Shown here one piece after another: positions 57,205 to 64,000 of a DNA stretch of 64,000 nucleotides (within the stretch, counting starts at the first letter, position 1; each line of letters opens with the position of its first letter). Below the pieces are notes generated by a model, which saw only the letters and a program-made list of their open reading frames with translations, did no database searches and was not told the origin of the DNA. The position numbers and the translations under genes were made by a program. Source of the stretch: the human T2T-CHM13v2.0 reference genome, Homo sapiens; the NCBI RefSeq assembly GCF_009914755.1, contig NC_060939.1. One strand, given 5' to 3'.

Positions 57205-57206
<2 letters not shown>

Positions 57207-57679
57207 TAAATGAGTTCTCAATCTTGGTTTTCAACCAATGAACAGATCTCACAAGGCTAAAAAAATCCAAACTCCAGATATCATAATTCTTGCCACCATT
57301 CTGAGTAGAAAGAAAAAGATAATCAAAAGTACCATGACTATAGTACCTGTCACAAGTACCCTGCAAATAAAATGGTGAATGTGACAACCTTCACCGAGCT
57401 ACTAGAGCTACTACACAAGTAAACAAGCAACTACAATGCACTGTGATTAGTGCTATGGTGAGGTGCTAAAAGGAGTACATAAGAAGGGCATTGTAATTGC
57501 TTGTTTTGGGAAACAGACATTTGAGGTATATCCTGCCCTAATTATCTGCCATGCGTTATCATTGTGATCATTGTGAAAAAGCAACAGTCATTAGAAAACT
57601 ATAACCCAAATTTTCACCCATTTTAAATGGCATGAGAGAACATCAAAAGATGAAAACTTATGGCCAATAAACTGATTTT

Positions 57680-59196
<1,517 letters not shown>

Positions 59197-59357
59197 TACA
59201 CACGCATTTTAAAATACTACTTCTACATAAATGAATCTTAAAGAATAATAGCAATTACAGAAGGAGTTTGGATAATTTCCAGGTGTCAAAAAGGAAAAAT
59301 ACAAACCACTACATTTATTCAAAGTGTTCCTAGTTAAATCAACAAATATTTTGTGAA

Positions 59358-61622
<2,265 letters not shown>

Positions 61623-61954
61623 AAAATCTCCTGCTGGGAGAAAAAAAAAAAAACCCCAAAAACCAAGAACTTTTTTTTTAATCTTAAAAATAAAAGTTAG
61701 AAGGTTGTAGGTATATGGCAAAAAAAAAAAAATTAATAAATAACTATTCAGTGAGTGCCTCCTATGTGCCTAAAACTGGGTTATTCCACTGAGGATATAA
61801 CAGTGAACTTGACATATACAGCTCCTCTGCTCACAGAACTTCTAGTGTAGAGAGGGCCTCACAAACACATGAATTAAAAAAACACAAATCGGGACGATGC
61901 TACATATCAAAGATCTGCTAAACTAAGGATTACGGTGAAATCAAAGAGGAAAGT

Positions 61955-62130
61955 TTTATTTTATTCATATTTAGAGATGTGTTCTTGCTATGTAGCCCAG
62001 GCTGGAGTGTAGTGCCTGTTCACAGGTGAGATCACAGTGCAATGCAGCCTTGAACACATGGGTTCAACAGATTCTCCCACCCCAGCCTCCTGAGAAACCG
62101 GGATTACAGGCATGTGTCACCATGCACAGC
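61955..62130 (-). mobile_element. Alu monomer (FRAM-like)
   Basis: Single right arm. Confidence 0.8.
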
Positions 62131-62184
62131 ATGGAAGAGTTTTAGATAGAGGGGTGGGAAGCCTTTTATTAGAAGACACATTTA

Positions 62185-63038
62185 TTTTTTAAAAGTTTAA
62201 AAATTGTATGTTGACAATTTATAATTATATAAATGTAAGGGGTACAAAGTAATGTTATAATTTATGAATATAATATATAATAATTAAATCAAGCTAGTTA
62301 ACATATCCATTACCTTAAATACTTAACATTTTTGTGGTAAGAATATTTGAAATTTATTCTCTCAGCAATTTTAAAATGTACAAAAACTATCTTCACCACA
62401 CTGTACCACAGAATTTAAAAAAAAAAAAAAAAAACATATCCCTCAGCTGAGATTTTGTTCCCTTTAACCATGGTCTCACCACTTTCTCAACCCTCCAGGC
62501 TCTGTAACCACCATTCTATTCTCTGCTTCTATGAGTTCAGTTGTTTTAGATTCCACACATAAGTAAGAACACGCGGTGTTTGTTTTTCTGTACCTGGCTT
62601 ATTTTACTTAGCATAATAAAATATTCTCCAGTTCCATCCAAGTTGCCACAAATGACATAATTCCTTCTTTAAGGCTGAATATGTATATGTGTGTGCGTGT
62701 GTGTGTACATTTTCTTTATTCATTCATGTGTTGAACACTTAGGTTGATTCCATAACTTGGCTATTGTGAATAATGCTGCAATGAACATAAGAAAGCAGAC
62801 ATCTCTTCAACAAACTGATTTCAAATCTTTTGGATAAATACCCAGAAGTGGTATTGCTGGATCATGTAGTAATTCTATTTTTAGTTTTTTGACAAACCTC
62901 CATACAGTTTTCCATAATAGGAATACTAACTTACATTCTTACTCTGTCAGATGGCAATTACAAAAAAGACCAAAGATAACAAGTATTGGTGCGGATGAGA
63001 AGAAGAGGGAATCCTTGTACACTGTTGTGAAAACATAA
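62185..63038 (-). mobile_element. L1MA-like 3' end with 5' inversion
   Basis: Antisense L1 3' end at 62185-62940, sense-oriented piece at 62941-63038, 17-bp TSD. Confidence 0.85.
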
Positions 63039-63879
63039 ATTAGAAGCCACATTTAAACAGTGTCCTCAAGGAAGAGATGGAGCCAACCTTGTCAAGAGCT
63101 AGGGAACACAGTTTCCAGAAAGGAAAAAGCAGCAGCCTATTAAGAAAGGCTTTTGGTGAAAGAAGACCAGCAACGCCGGGGATTACAATGAGCAAAGTAA
63201 AGAGGTAGCAGGAGTCCATTGTTCAGGATTTTATAGGTCACTGATAGTCCAATAAGAAGACATTTAAGAATGGTACTGACATTTATGCTTAAAGGGATTT
63301 AGCTTTACAAAAAGCATTTACATTTTCTAAACGATTGACTCTAGGTGCTGTGTGACCTATTCAGTGGAGTCAAACTGGAATTACTTGCCTTAGTAAAGGC
63401 AATTATTCCTTTTCAAAAAGGACGCTGAGCCTCACAGAATTATGTTCACTGACTAGGTCACACTGTCAAACACAGTCAAAGGAGTCCAAAAAGCCTGAGC
63501 CCTCCTCCCTTCTGCCACACCAACCAAATGATCCTGCTTGCCCACTCACTTACCCATTCATTCCCACTGAGCCAAAAGTGCACTGGCCTCACAACTGTCC
63601 TCCTGAAACAATTTTTTTTAAAAAATCTGTGCAGTGATTTTAACATGTCCACAAATTTTTTTCAAAGGAGCTAATTATTCCTCCCTCGAGAGACTTAAAA
63701 TTTCTTCTAACACACTGAATGCTCTTCCTCACTTGAATACTATATTTATGCCCCCTTTCTGGGGCAAAATTTCTCCATGGGTCAAATCTGTGTTTTTTAA
63801 AAACAGCTTTATTAAATATAATTCACCTACTATACAATTTATCTATTTAAAGCACACATTTGGGTTTTGCTGTTGTTGT

Positions 63880-64000
63880 TGCTTGTTTGTTTTAACAGAT
63901 AGGGTCTCGCTCTGTCAGCTACGCCGGAGTGCAGTAGCATGGTCAGAGCTCATGGCAGCCTTGAACTCCTGGCCTTTAGCAATCCTCCAACCCCAGCCTC
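63880..64000 (-). mobile_element. Alu, cut by the window edge
   Basis: AGGGTCTCGCTCTGTC...GAGTGCAGT. Confidence 0.85.

Overview
Primate (almost certainly human) genomic DNA from inside the casein kinase I gamma 1 gene (CSNK1G1) on the minus strand. Only two exons are recognisable: the 405-nt first coding exon (48584..48180; 224 nt of 5'UTR plus codons 1-60 and one base) and the 41-nt next exon (7095..7055, GKNLYTNEYVAIKL). They are separated by a 41,084-bp intron. The rest is repeat-dense intron: about 70 Alus, several L1 fragments, L2/L3/MIR, a THE1 solo LTR, MER6, MER30, MER1, MER85, MER5A and simple repeats. Almost all ORFs in the track are Alu/L1 artefacts. I see no new multi-gene system. 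The best leads are regulatory: three uORFs with a possible bypass acceptor, a cryptic acceptor/12-nt in-frame microexon directly behind a (UG)23 tract, a possible translatable exon circle, and a possible recursive splice site. There are also several clear genome-repair and retrotransposition scars. Repeat subfamily names are from memory of consensus sequences, and repeat boundaries are approximate.
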